From assembly GCA_964019335.1 (NCBI GenBank), contig OZ025657.1, forward strand, positions 1 through 64,000: a stretch of DNA of 64,000 nucleotides. Direction: 5' to 3'. Shown piece after piece: positions 29,254 through 41,466 of the stretch; positions within the stretch are counted from its first letter, which is position 1; every line of letters starts with the position of its first letter. Made by a program: the position numbers and the translations under genes. This stretch comes from Diplonema japonicum (taxonomy: Eukaryota; Protista; Euglenozoa: Diplonemea). The notes below the pieces were generated by a model. It saw only the letters and a program-made list of their open reading frames with translations, ran no database searches and had not been told where the DNA came from.

Positions 29254-32200
29254 CTACCTCCCAGAACGGGGGTGCGAGGCGCGCTCTCTTGAGGCAGCTA
29301 CCTCAGCACTCAGACGTGCAATACGCCTCTCTAACGAAGCGCCTGTATCCTCGCGGACTGCAGATGGGGCTTTACTGGGCACCAGTGCAGGCGAGATGCC
29401 ACGCGACCCAATACTTGCATTCGCACCACTTGCGATGTAATCCCTGGTGCCGGTTGTGACTTGACCCATAGGGGCTGGGGGTCTCCCGACAGCAGGCCTA
29501 CCAACTCTGATCTCGTCCCTCTTGGGTTCCGGAGCAATCTCGCGACCTGCAACATGTAACATGTGTTGTATTTATGACTTACCTGCTTCTCTATTCCTTG
29601 CATGCTCGATGGCTGACTGTGGCAAATAGAAGGATGATCTACCATCCACGGACTGCCTCTCTTGTCCGGAGGTGGGGTGCATGGCAGGAGTGTCCCTGGA
29701 GTGTACTTCTCTCTCCGCAGGGCGGGCTTCAGAGAGGGTATGAGACGGCGCAGGGCGGGCTTCTACAGCAGCTACCGGCGCTGCAGCGGGCTTCTGCCGA
29801 GACTGTGATGGATTAAATACTATGCCAGTACGCATACTAGATCTTTGCTGAGCATCTTCAGTCTGATTTGCTCCACTGCACTCATCGGGCTGTTGGGGCG
29901 GACCTGCGGTCTTCCAACAGCAACAAGAGAAGCAGACATGGGCTGCCTCTGCGTCTCATTGATTTTGGGGGGCTCGTGGACGACAGGTGGCTCTATCGCC
30001 CTTGACGGCCTCATAGGGCTGAGGTGAGCCCCTTCCTGCTGCTCTGAGCCACGCAGACGCCTTTCAAGCTCACGGATCCTCATCTCTTTCTGCTTGACAT
30101 CTTCATCACTTCTGTCGAGCTTTGTTTGCAGGTCATCCTGTGAGGAAAAGGTTATGGTACAGTGTTTCTTTGATTTAAGGCTATTTGTCGCCAGTTGCAG
30201 ATCTTCCTTGGTCATAACTGGGACCCCGTCAATGCCCAGCAGCTTCAGCCCAGACTTCACCCCTGATTTTAGGTTGTTTCAAATATTCTCAAAAATGGCC
30301 GACCTGCTCTCTTAGCCGCTCCGAAGTCGGAGACAGACTTGACGTATATTTCACCGTTTTCGCTGCCTTCCCAAATTAGCCCCACAACATCTTTCTCATC
30401 CAGGAGGGTCAAGGAATAGGAAACCGGGCCTGAACCGCCCTGAAAAAGCTGTCCAAACACAAAAAGGACATACCGAGGCGGCTTGCTTCGGCGGCGGCAG
30501 TTCCGTCTGTGATGGCTGTGAGCCCATCCTCTCCTGAGAGGGCTGGTAGGATGTCATAGCGTTGTTCGGATCTTGTGACTTGAAAGGCAACGGCGATGCT
30601 AGGGAGTTGCCCTCTGTCAGTGACCTGTGCACGGACTGCATGTCTGTTGAGTGGGCGAGGGGCTGAGAAGTTATCATCTGTGCGGGAGACGGCTCGATGG
30701 CCTTGGGCGAGGCAGGTCGCCACTGTTCATCAAAGCTGCGAAGGTCGTGGTAGTGCTTAGCTTCCTTCTCTTCTAAAGCCAAGCGCTGCATCACAAGCTT
30801 AATCTCCAGCTCCAGGATTGGTGCTTCCTCTTCGTCAAGGCTCCTGCGCTTCTTCATAGCCTCGTTTGCTTCTTCGCGGAGGGCCATCATTTTGCGATCG
30901 CATTCACTCAGCTCACCATTTGCAGCTTCCAGGTCGAGCTTTGCCTGCTGTAATGCTGTCTTGTCACGTGCAACCTTCGCATCTGCATCATCCCGAGCCT
31001 TCTCGCGAGTCGAAGCGTCCTTCTTTGCATTGTTGAGCTGTACCTGGCTCTCGATCCTGCGCTGTTCCTTCGCCTTTTTCACACCGTCTAAAGTGTCTTC
31101 AGCTTCTTTGACAGTATCCTCTGCACTCTGCACAGAGCGCTGGGTAAGCTCCTTGTCATAAAGAGCCGCTTCACGCATGCTCTCGGAGTCACGGAGCTCT
31201 TGAGTGTTCCTTTCAACTATCTCACGTTGTTTAGCGACTTCCGTGTGTTGCTCCTGCGATTGGTACTAAACATGAGCTTTCATACCTGTAGAAGCTTCTC
31301 GAGCTCTCGCAGCCTATCTTCCGCGCGCTTGATGTCCTGCTGAGACATCACCAACCTGTTTTTTTGGCGATCGACTTCCCTTTCCGTTTTGACGAGGTCG
31401 CTGTTTGAGTTGCGCTCACGCTGCTTCTGTCTTTCTAACTCAGTTTGCCTCTCCCGAAGTGCAGCTTCGGCGTGAGTGACCTGCCATGTTATTATGATTT
31501 CAGATATGCATACCAGTGCTGTCTGCAACCTCTGCGAACTGTGATGCGAGGCAGTTGCAAGATCCATCAGCCAGGACTCTGGTGCGATGTGTCCCTCGGA
31601 TGACATGTTCATGACACACGTGCCCGGCAGCGACTGGTCAATGTCCTGGTAGCCCACCTTGAATGTAGAGAACGGGGGTACAAGCATCTCAGACTCCTTA
31701 GGGTACTTACTGATCTGCTGAAGAGAAACACCGTGCTTTACGCCTGCCAAGAGAAACAAGATGGATCCTCCGCTGGTCTTTGTGGCGTTGGCTGCGTCGC
31801 CTCTGATGTATGACTCTGAGACTGAACGGTCAAAAGCACAGCTCGAAGCAGACGGCCAGCAGAGGCTGTCATTCGGAAGCATGCCCCTGTGGGCCTCGAA
31901 CACCTCAGCAGGAAGCCCCGCCAGTCCCCTTGCAAGTTCGGCACCTGACTCACTGTGCTGTGGATCAACTTGCGTGCAAACGGAAAGAAGGAGACCTATG
32001 TATTTGATCCACTTGCTACACGTAGCCCATGCCTCCTTACCATCTTTCTCTTCTGCTTTTGCAGGGTCGGCAGCAGTCCTCATTGCCCAGTTAATAGCAC
32101 TAAAGATTGCCCCATTGCGCTCTTTTGAGTACTGCTGTGTGTACTGCTCCCAAGGGGCTTTGTCTTCCTCGTCGTACACAGGGACGTTCTCGTAGGTGAC

Positions 32201-33013
32201 GAGGGCGTCGATGTCAGGCCCTGCCATCGTGTACATGGTCATGACAAGCAACTCAGCCCTGTTCTTGTTGGGGTATGCTTCACTCTTCGTCTGGTGCAAG
32301 TGCCGCGCCGCCTCGGCGACAACAGCAAGCTTGGAGTGCACGCTGTCGGGCACTTTGAGATTCTCGATCAGCTCGTCGACGACATCGCCCTCTTTCCTGC
32401 GCCACTCTTTCGCAAGCTTTTCTCCGAAAGCCCTTATGTTGTCCTCGGACAAAGTAGAATAGAACTGCTCCTTCTTCTCAGCACATACACCCTTTGCCTG
32501 TTTGTCCAATGCTGAAGCAACCTGGTCGGCCTGCCTCGACGACACTTGATCCACACGCTCCGCGTCATCTTTTGCTCTAGCGTTGGCCTCGCGTTGTCTT
32601 TCTTCTTCAAGACGCTTAGTCTCTTCAACCAACTCGTTTTCACTGTCTCTCAAACGCTGGCTAGCATTTTCAAGCTGCGAAACCATCGCATCTCTTTTAG
32701 TCATAACAGATTCTGCCTGCTGTCCAGCCTGATGGATAGCTTCCTCCTGGATGTCCCTTAAGCGCCTGTCCTTAAGCCTGTGGTACAGGCACTCCACAAA
32801 TTTCGGGTAAACATCGCTTAGCTGCCTGAATTCGTGGCTTGAAAGTCTTCCATCATTGTTTCTATCACCTCGTTCGAAGAGGTGCCTAACCGTTTCCTGT
32901 GAGAAATCTATACAAAGGGCACGGATTCCTTCCTCGAAGTCTGTGAACGTAGGTGCCTCCATTCCCCTGCTAAAGGAGGCATACACGACGCGGGACATGT
33001 CATCACGACTCAT
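29254..33013 (-). CDS. BILBO1-like EF-hand/coiled-coil protein with inserted ADP-ribosyltransferase domain and C-terminal PDZ; introns 31481-31513, 31254-31285, 30440-30473, 30263-30303, 29803-29837, 29547-29582
   Basis: EF-hand 'LFERGDRNNDGRLSSHEF..YPKFVECLYHR'. ART motifs LARG / SASSC / SKYPKESEMLVPP. Zipper 'EEEAPILELEIKL..QRLALEEKE'. PDZ 'VGLIW..IYVKSV..GAAKRAGVKSG..LLGIDGVPV'. Confidence 0.75.
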
Positions 33014-33099
33014 TTTTGTTTATGTGGCTATAGTGCATGGGGCATGAGTCAGAAGTTACAGGTAATTTAAATCACACGTAACTAACAGAAGTTAGTATT

Positions 33100-34430
33100 T
33101 TATCTTTCTTCCTCTTCCTCTTCTTCATCCTCTTCGTCTTCCTCTTCCTCGTCCTCTTCCAGCTCCTCGCCGAGTTCGTCTTCGATATCTCCTCCTGACT
33201 GATCGGGCACGTAGAGACCGAATATCTCCTTTGATGAAGTTGTCCATCTTTCACGAGCGGGCTCTGCAATGCCCCCCAGCCATGCAGGAATAATCGTAAG
33301 TGGTATGATACCCGTGCGCAGCAGGGCAGCAACACTCAGGCCGCACACCAAGAAGACAAGAACAATAGCAAGACCCACAACAGCGTCTTCTAAACTCTGC
33401 TTATACCTGCTGCTGTGCGAAGCTGGGGAAGACCTGATGATGGTACCGTTGCTGATGCTGCCCTTAGCATCTTTGTTGATGTTGGTGCGCATCTCCAACT
33501 CGACAAAAGTGCGCTTCTTTGAAGGCCCCTTAAGGCTCCTTTTGAACACCTTTCTCCCGTGTAAAGGCATCTCCGGTCTTGCATTACCGTAAGGTTGGGG
33601 TGCGACAGTCCTTAGCCCTCTGTGCAAGGTATCAACCTGGTCTGCGTCCGTCATGCGTATTCTGTCGCTTATGATCCATGTGACCTTCTCGTTACACGGG
33701 GGAACGGTGTTCGATCCCTCGTAAACGTAGACTGTGTCGTGTGTGAGGTCCAACCAGGGTATGAACCTAAAGAGATACAAAGTGTCGCCTGTTGCTGAAA
33801 GGCGCGGAAAGTGTGACATGATCTGGCTGAGAACGGTCGGGGGATCGCTGGTGGGCAGTGGGTCGTTGACCTTCGTGTAGAGCAGCGAAATGCGCACCTC
33901 AGGAACGAAGTTTGTCCACGACTTGTCGTTGGACGAAGCTGCATCGGCTGGACGAAACACTAGCTGCTGCTCGATGTCGTGCCGAACGCCGTTAATGGTG
34001 TGTTCTGCAGGCAGCTTGTGTATTATGCTCACCAGCACGAGCTGGTCCGAGAACATGGAGCTAGTGAGCTGCAGCTGCGAGCTCAGTACGTCGATAATGA
34101 TATCGTGTCCGTTGTTGTAGATCTTGTCGTGCTGCGGCCCTGTGCTGTTTACACTGCGCCACAAGTGCAAGAACGCACTCTCTCGTGACTCTGTTGCTTC
34201 GTCGATAATGTTCAGCGGCGATTGTGCCTGCCCAGCACAGTCCTGATATGGGTACGGGTGACACACGCTTTCATTGTTGCACTCAATACTCCTTTGTGCC
34301 CACGAATCTGGCCCATCACCACTGGTTGGATCTAAATACGAAATACTGAAAAGAACCCTGACATACCGTAATTCCATGGTATACTGGCAATAGCAACCGT
34401 ATTCACGAAAAAGAACTCCAAACATAGCAT
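33100..34430 (-). CDS. Alpha-carbonic-anhydrase-related type I membrane protein (Zn ligands lost); intron 34332-34366
   Basis: Spliced N-terminus is a signal peptide followed by WNYD..GPDSW. Also QSPLNI, NNGH, PAEHTING, YEGSNTVPPCNEKVTW, NARP, a TM helix and an acidic tail. Confidence 0.85.
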
Positions 34431-34549
34431 ATTGCGAATTTATTCAGGATAAGTGAATTTATTCATACCCACCCCCTGCAATCATTGTCAGACAGAAGAC
34501 ACAAAGAAATAAAAAGGTACAGTACAACAACGATAGACTACTGATGACA

Positions 34550-36969
34550 CTAAGCGGTTACTGAGTAACCCAGAGAAAGCTTCTCTGACGTTGTAATAAG
34601 GTTCTTGATCATCCAATGGTTGAGGTCTTTTAGCTTATAAAGCGTTCCCACGGAATCGACAGACTGTGGCAGGTGTGTTGATAGTAGTTGCATACCAAGT
34701 GTCTCGTCCATTGCTTTACTGGCGGTACTTCGGAAAGCAGGTCATACTGGTCAAAGAGCTTGCGAAGCATCTGGTCACGTGTGGCAATGATGAAGCCCCT
34801 CAGCTCCATTGCGTCATGTATGTCAACGTGCTTCTTTACGTCAACCGCTTTTAACCGGTACTCGTCTCGCAAAGCACGCAACCTCTTCTTCTGCTGTCTC
34901 CACATGACATACTTCGACAGAGCACAGAAACATCTACTTAACTCAAACCCTTCGTTCAGCTTTTGCAACCCAGAAGACATATTGGTTTTGAACCCTGTTA
35001 CCTGACGACAAATCACCCTGCCTTCGTACCACTTCTGCCATTTGCCAAAGTAAGTCCGGCGGTACGAAAACATCGTGTCCCTCATCACTGTCCGCATCTG
35101 TGCCTTGCGCACCGCATTGCGCCTTTGATCACGGGCAAACAGGTACAGCTTACTGAGATAGACACGAATCAAAGCGTTGTTGCATCCTCTTACAAGGACG
35201 CAGGCAGCGGACAATCGCTGGCGTGTCTTCTTCATGTAAACCACGTGCTGCTGCAGCCTCCTATAGCTAGACAGCATTCTGCCGTGTGGTGTCGTCGACA
35301 TTATGATAGAACACAGCATCAAAGCTGCACGCTCCCTAACAGACTCCTCGTCCATGGGCACTGCACCACCAAACCCCGCCATACCCTGGTTCCCACATAG
35401 CAACAGCGCTGAGCGTCGCATCTTCTTGTTCTTGTGGTAGTTTAATAGCTTTTTGAAGTAGGCACTCCTGATTCCCCTGTCACTAGCGCTGTTCATGCGC
35501 AACAACACCTTATCAAGCACTCTTTTGTTGTGCAGCCACATCACCCACTTCTTGTACGCCCTGCGTATCGTGCCCTCTCGCGTCATGAAACTAAGAACAT
35601 TCACCTTTTGTCGTTTAGCCTGCATGTCTTGTAAAGCTAACTTGTCCTGAAGTCTTGCTGCCTCAGCCTGCCATTGCTTCCTTGCCTTAGTTTCGAGGTT
35701 TAACTCGTGTTGTGCCTTGTGGACCCACTGCTTCAGCTGCTCCGCTTGCTGGGCGTATTGATCCCTCTCTGAAGTGATTTCAGCAACGTGGTCCTGCAGG
35801 GATTCGGCCTCCTGCTGAATGAGCTTGTGGATCTGATCAACGTGCGGCATGGCCTCTTCGTCACCTCCTAAAAGAATCAGTGCATCTTCTGCTGCACTCT
35901 TGTACACTTCACGCTCTTGCTTGACGGTGCCGTAGTGGACAAGCTTCCCCTTAAGGTTGTGCACCTCCTCTGACGCGTGAAAATGCATCTCTCTGCTTTC
36001 ATCTAACTGGCGCTGGAGCAGCTTTTCTTTCAAAACCTCTGTTGTTTCACACTCCCACTTTCGGATCACCTTATCGGAAGATGACACCCAAACCTGTGTC
36101 ACAAGCGTTCGCTTTACCTGTATTAATGACATCACGTTGCATTCGTTAGATGCTGAATTCACCCTTTCGATGAGGCGCAGTGTCTTCGGGTTCCAAACAG
36201 ACACTGTGCCGTCCCACGACCCGCACCACACTCTGTCAGCGGTGAAGAGGATGGACCCGATTGCACCACCGTGGAGTTCCAATACACGCACGCACACACC
36301 ACGGTCTGTGTCCCACACGCGGATAAGCGAGTCTTCGCCCCCAGACCACAAGTGCGTGTTTGTCACTTCCAGGGTTAGTACGGCTCCCGCGTCATGGTTC
36401 CATTCATCGATTTGCTTCTCAGCAGTGATATCCCACACTGCAATGGTCGAGTCGTTAGAGCCTGAGTACAGCTTGTCGCCCTTCACGCGCAGACACCTCA
36501 CGACATCTGCATGGCCTCGGTACTGCCTCACAACGGCTCTTGTGTCCACACTCCACCTGATGATGGCGGCGTTGCCGTACCCGATGAATACAGAGTCGTA
36601 ATGGTGGTAAATGCAGTGCGCGCCACACGTGTTGTTGATGCTCGACACGGGGAGGATCTCGTCCATCACTTCGTACGTTGTGCTGTTGAATATTTCGATG
36701 TATCCATTTGAGAGTCCTGCCCAGATGCTGTTCCCAACCTCAGTGAGGCACCACACCACTGCTTCGTCACACTTTGTCCTATTCTTTACTTCCCCCGTGT
36801 CCATGCTGCGAATCGTTAGGTTCCCCGCACGATCGGCCGTCCACACGTCATTGTGAGATGTTGCCATCGAACGGATGTCGCACCCCTCGCCACGCTGCAC
36901 CACTGACGAGCATGTCTTTAGCACGGACGCACGAGGCGACGCACTCCTGCTACGCGGTGAGACTGACAT
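34550..36969 (-). CDS. WD40-repeat + coiled-coil protein; intron 34664-34695
   Basis: GH..WD repeats in the N-terminal half, followed by a coiled coil. An extra upstream micro-exon (ATG ~37043) is possible. Confidence 0.85.
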
Positions 36970-37264
36970 GTGTTCAAACGCACATAATACCTGCTGGCTT
37001 TGTAATACGATAAACAGTATAAGAAAAGTAAACTACCTTCATCTTTCTAAATGATCGAAGCAACTTGGGTTTCTCAAGAGGTTCTACAGGGAATCTTCGA
37101 AAGGTTCCGTACAGAGGTTTGTTTAAAACCGGCAGGAAGTCCCGTTGTACAAACCGAGAAAGTGTACAGTACGATATCCTGAAATAGAGCACACTTTAAG
37201 ATTCCCACAAAGGGCTTTTGATCCTTAGAGATACGAAAGGTCAAAAAAAAAAAAAACGTGACCA

Positions 37265-38278
37265 CTACTCGTTGCGCTTTCGCTTCCCCTGCGTACCTTC
37301 GGTGCCTTGCTTCCTGTGACACGGTGGGAACCTTGGCATGAGCGTCCTGTTCGTTGCATAAGGCATTTCTTCAAAGTAAGGGTGCCGCAGAGCTTGTTCT
37401 ATCTTCAAACGTTTCGGGGGTATGAAAGCAAGTAATGATGCAATGAAAGATAGTGAAGATTGCGACGGGAGGAGGCGCTTGAGAGTGCCGACAGGGCGGC
37501 TTTGCATGGAGAGGAGGAGCTTGAAATTAGGAAGGGACATAGCTGCTGCCGTGTCAGCCTCAGATGGTGTCCCTAGCACGTCATATATGTACTGCAACTG
37601 ATCGGTGTCGGTCTTCCCTGGCATAAGAGGAGCACCCAAAAGAAGCTCTGCAGCAATGCACCCACACGACCACATGTCAATGGCATTTGTGTATCGCATC
37701 TCACCCAACAAGATCTCAGGTGCCCGGTACCACAGCGTCAAAACCTTAGGGGAGTACACCCTGGGAGGATCACCACATACCCTCGCCAAGCCAAGGTCAC
37801 ATATCTTCACGCAGCCAGTGTTCGTGTAAAGCAAGTTTGAGGGCTTGAGATCCCTGTGGACTATGAAGTTAGCGTGGAGTACCCGTACTCCGTCCAATAT
37901 CTGCCTGACCAGGCACTTGGCTTCAGACTCTTTGAATCGCACCTTCGCATGATCCATCAGGTCGGCCAGGTCGTTCTCGCAATACTCAAACACAAGACTC
38001 ATGCTGTCGTAAGATCCCCCCACCGCCACGTCGTGCAACTTAATGATGTTCTCATGATCCATCTTCTTCAACAGCAGCACCTCCCGTAGTGCTGTCATCG
38101 GCATCCCGTCCTTGGCCGTTTCACTGCGCAACTTTATCTTCTTTATGGCAACAACAGCACCGTTGTCCTTTCTCTCCCCTTTAAACACAGTGCCGTAGGT
38201 CCCCTCTCCTATCGTGTGCAGCACGTTGTAGATATTCACATTCGTTGTCTGCCCGAAGAACCCTGTGTCTTCTTTCAT
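37265..38278 (-). CDS. Cyclin-dependent kinase, CDK10/11-like
   Basis: GEGTYG, VAIKK, PMTALRE helix, HRDLKPSN, DLG, TLWYRAPE. Confidence 0.9.
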   Translation of the reverse strand: MKEDTGFFGQTTNVNIYNVLHTIGEGTYGTVFKGERKDNGAVVAIKKIKLRSETAKDGMPMTALREVLLLKKMDHENIIKLHDVAVGGSYDSMSLVFEYCENDLADLMDHAKVRFKESEAKCLVRQILDGVRVLHANFIVHRDLKPSNLLYTNTGCVKICDLGLARVCGDPPRVYSPKVLTLWYRAPEILLGEMRYTNAIDMWSCGCIAAELLLGAPLMPGKTDTDQLQYIYDVLGTPSEADTAAAMSLPNFKLLLSMQSRPVGTLKRLLPSQSSLSFIASLLAFIPPKRLKIEQALRHPYFEEMPYATNRTLMPRFPPCHRKQGTEGTQGKRKRNE

Positions 38279-38394
38279 GTTACTGCATGGGATGTCAACC
38301 CGGGGTCGCGACGGCAAGAAAGTAACTATACAAACAAAAGGTTACAGGTTACAATAGATAAGCTAGCTAATAGGATAATAACACAGCTAGGCAT

Positions 38395-39480
38395 CTAAAC
38401 AACATAGACAACACCAACAGACTCATCATACAGGAGCTCCTGTGTGGGTGTGATAGCATCTTATAGCTTTTGCATACATCGTGTTTGTGCATCATCTTAG
38501 CAGCGGCCTTAACCTGAGAGGCATCCACGCCCATACCGAGCGCCAAGTCGCTGATGGTAGCCACTTCACTGTCGCCTCTCATGATGGTGTCCTTAATCGC
38601 AGCAATAAGGGACATGGCACCCTTCTTTTCCTCTAAGCTCATGTCAGGTGTACCAGTTGAAAGGTAGTCCAGGCTCTGCAAGTGGCAAGGTACCTCAGGT
38701 GCTGGCTCGTTCATGGCTGCCAGTGACGGCTCTGCGATAACCTCCAAACTTTGCTCCCCAACCTCTTCTTCCTCTTTAGAGGGAGTCGCGCTCTTCTCTT
38801 CCTTCTTTGCCTTTGCTTTCGCCTTCGGGGTACTTTTTGCAGCCTTCTCTTCCTTCGCTTCAACAACGGGCTTGTCTTCTAACGTCTCTGATGGTGCATT
38901 GTCCTTCTTTGTCTTCTTAACCTTCGGTGGCGTGTCTTCTCTTCTCCTCTTTGTCTTCTTGAACACAGAATTGAACCACTGGTTAATGAACAACAGAATC
39001 ATCTATGGTGAGTCCTTTCCACATTTGCGGCATACCTCCTTGTTTGACTTCGGCCAGGATTCCTCGTACCTTGGGTGAACTAAGCGTAGCATGCACATCA
39101 GGTAGTTCGTAGGGTAGTCAGCGATCCAACAGTAATTCTACATGTCAGTGTGTCAGGTGAAGGTTGCATACTTTTTTTGGGATAAGTGTGCGAACCCAGA
39201 CTTTGAAAAAAGCTATTTTGTCCGCAATCGTTGCGTCATCAACAAAAGCCTTTTCAATGAGGGCTACATCGTCGGGAAACTTCTGGCTCTTCTTAATCTA
39301 CGGCGGGTGTTAGGGTTGCTTGTTGCATACCATTGGCATCTTGCTCTTCTTAAGCTTTGCAAACAGCCCCTCGACCCATTCGTCAGACTTATTGCTCAGC
39401 GACGAGTCACTGAGCTTCGACACTAACACCTTCAGGGTCGTGTCCCTCACCTCATCTGCCACACCACCACTCAGTGCCAT
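38395..39480 (-). CDS. Hypothetical protein with K/E-rich linker and possible C-terminal winged helix; introns 39298-39330, 39138-39171, 39003-39035, 38440-38477
   Basis: Four GTATGC..AG introns of 33-38 nt give one continuous frame from MALSGG to GVVYVV*. Confidence 0.65.
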
Positions 39481-39609
39481 ATCTCCAGTCCTATGAAAGG
39501 CTCCAGAAACCTCTCTGGGCTTCAGCGGAGCTGAGAGCTGTACGGAAACACAAAAATAACAAGGTTTAACGAAGAGAAGTAAAACGAAAAGAGTTAAGCA
39601 AGGAACAAA

Positions 39610-40420
39610 TCACCGGACAGTGACCCCGGACATCACTATGGCAACTGCAACGGAGGGCAAGTAATCCCTCACAGTGTAGATAGCGATACTCCGCACAATG
39701 CTCTGTAGAGGTGCCAAGACAATGCGGCATACCTGTTGTGTGTAGCTAAAATAGAACGCCAACAGCACAGCGTGCATAATGAACACAGCAATAGCTAAGA
39801 CCTGTGGGTGCAGGACAAGCGACATCAATGCTACCGCCAGCAAAGGGTAAATGCCAAACTCTGTCCGTGAATTGAGATCTTGCAACAGGGAGAGAGCAGT
39901 TGCGAAGGAGTGGAGTGCATTTGTTTTCTTTTTCGGGCTTTCTTGTTTCACAGGAGGTGCCACCGGTGTCTCTTGCACCGTGGGAATTGATGGAGCTGGT
40001 GCTGCAACTCGTTCCGACGATGCAGGGACATTTTGGCTCTCCTTTACATTTGAAACCCCTTCCATCTCTTCCTTCAGCTGAACCACCTCCGCGTGCCATA
40101 ACTCATCGCGTTCATACTCCGGCATTCGCTCCAGCACCTTCAGGCGCCTACGCAACGTGCGGTCCATTATTTCTTTTTCTTCCCTGTATGAAGCACGTGA
40201 GCCATTAATAACTGGATAGCAAATTCTAGTCTAGGTCACACAACATGTCCTGTGCTGCTTCCCTCTTCTTAATCAATGTGTCCAGCTCCTGGATCTCAGC
40301 CTCCACTTTTGCCTCCTCCTCTTCCAAGCACGCTTTTCTCTCTACTGCCGTGTCCTTCACGCGCACCAACTCGGCCTCCAATCCACGCACCTCTGCCTCT
40401 AGTCTTTTTCGATCGCTCAT
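39610..40420 (-). CDS. Coiled-coil + C-terminal transmembrane hypothetical protein (one gene or two)
   Basis: ORFs 40226..40420 and 39610..40167. Joining them needs atypical introns (see findings). Confidence 0.5.
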
Positions 40421-40510
40421 GTTATCTATAGTGGAATAAAGAGGTATAGTTCGAGTAGAAGACACTGGTGTCTTGGTAGTGAGATAACATAACAATATGC
40501 CAACACGCGA

Positions 40511-41417
40511 CTAGAGTTCAAGTTCGAGATAGTTGCCGCTTTTCTCGGCTTCTTTTGGATTCTTCTTTTGTTTTACTACGCAAAATAAACTGATACAGAA
40601 CAGCACACAGCCCGATACTAAAACTGCCGTGAAAGGCAGCAGCCTTGCATGCAGACCGTCCTGCACAGCTGACGAACAACTGTCCAAGTAATCGTTCGGG
40701 CACACAGACTCGCATTCCGCCTCCAACCATTCACACGTTACGTTCTCACCTTGCAAGGTCTGGGTATCGTTCCGGGGGTGCCCACAACACCTACTCCATC
40801 CACTGCATGTGTACCGTTCCTATTGTATTTTACAGCAAATCACCCACCATACCTGGATGTCGCAGATGTCGCCGTCTCCCTTTGCGACAAGCGTCTTCCA
40901 TTTGCTACCATAATTGTAACCCTTTGCATCAAACACAAGCACCACAATAGTGAGTGTCGCTGTCGAAACCGTGATAAAGAACATCATAAGGACATAGAAG
41001 AAGAGAAGGTTTGCACCGCGTCTACGGGATACGAAGCCTCCAGTTATGGCAAACACCACAGTAAAGACTCCCAGGGCAACGGATGCAGTTGAAAGGGGCT
41101 AAGAGAGGTGCTGACTTCTTGTTTATACATACCTTACAGGCATCGCAAAGCTTCAGCAGCCCGCTGGTCAGCACAAATACCGCAAATATTATGTTCATGG
41201 TGCCTACACCAAAGATGATGCCGTTGACAATGTTGAGCCCGTACTCCAAGGAACTTGCCTCCCTCTTCTTCCGTTGGCTCTCTGCTGTCATCATCTTCAT
41301 GCTCATGTAGTACTCCTCCGCCTCTCCTTCGTTACTCATGTCCTCGCTGCGACCCTCGATTGACTCGGATCGGGGCACAACGCCCTCGTCCTCATTCGGG
41401 TCCAGCTGCTCGTTCAT
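40511..41417 (-). CDS. Tetraspanin-like protein; introns 41099-41132 and 40820-40852
   Basis: Three N-terminal TMs, a Cys-rich large loop (CDIQERYTCSGWSRCCG..C..C..C..C), then a fourth TM. Confidence 0.7.
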
Positions 41418-41466
41418 ATTAACCCAACTGAAATGATTACACAATACAACATGTACAAAAAGAACG

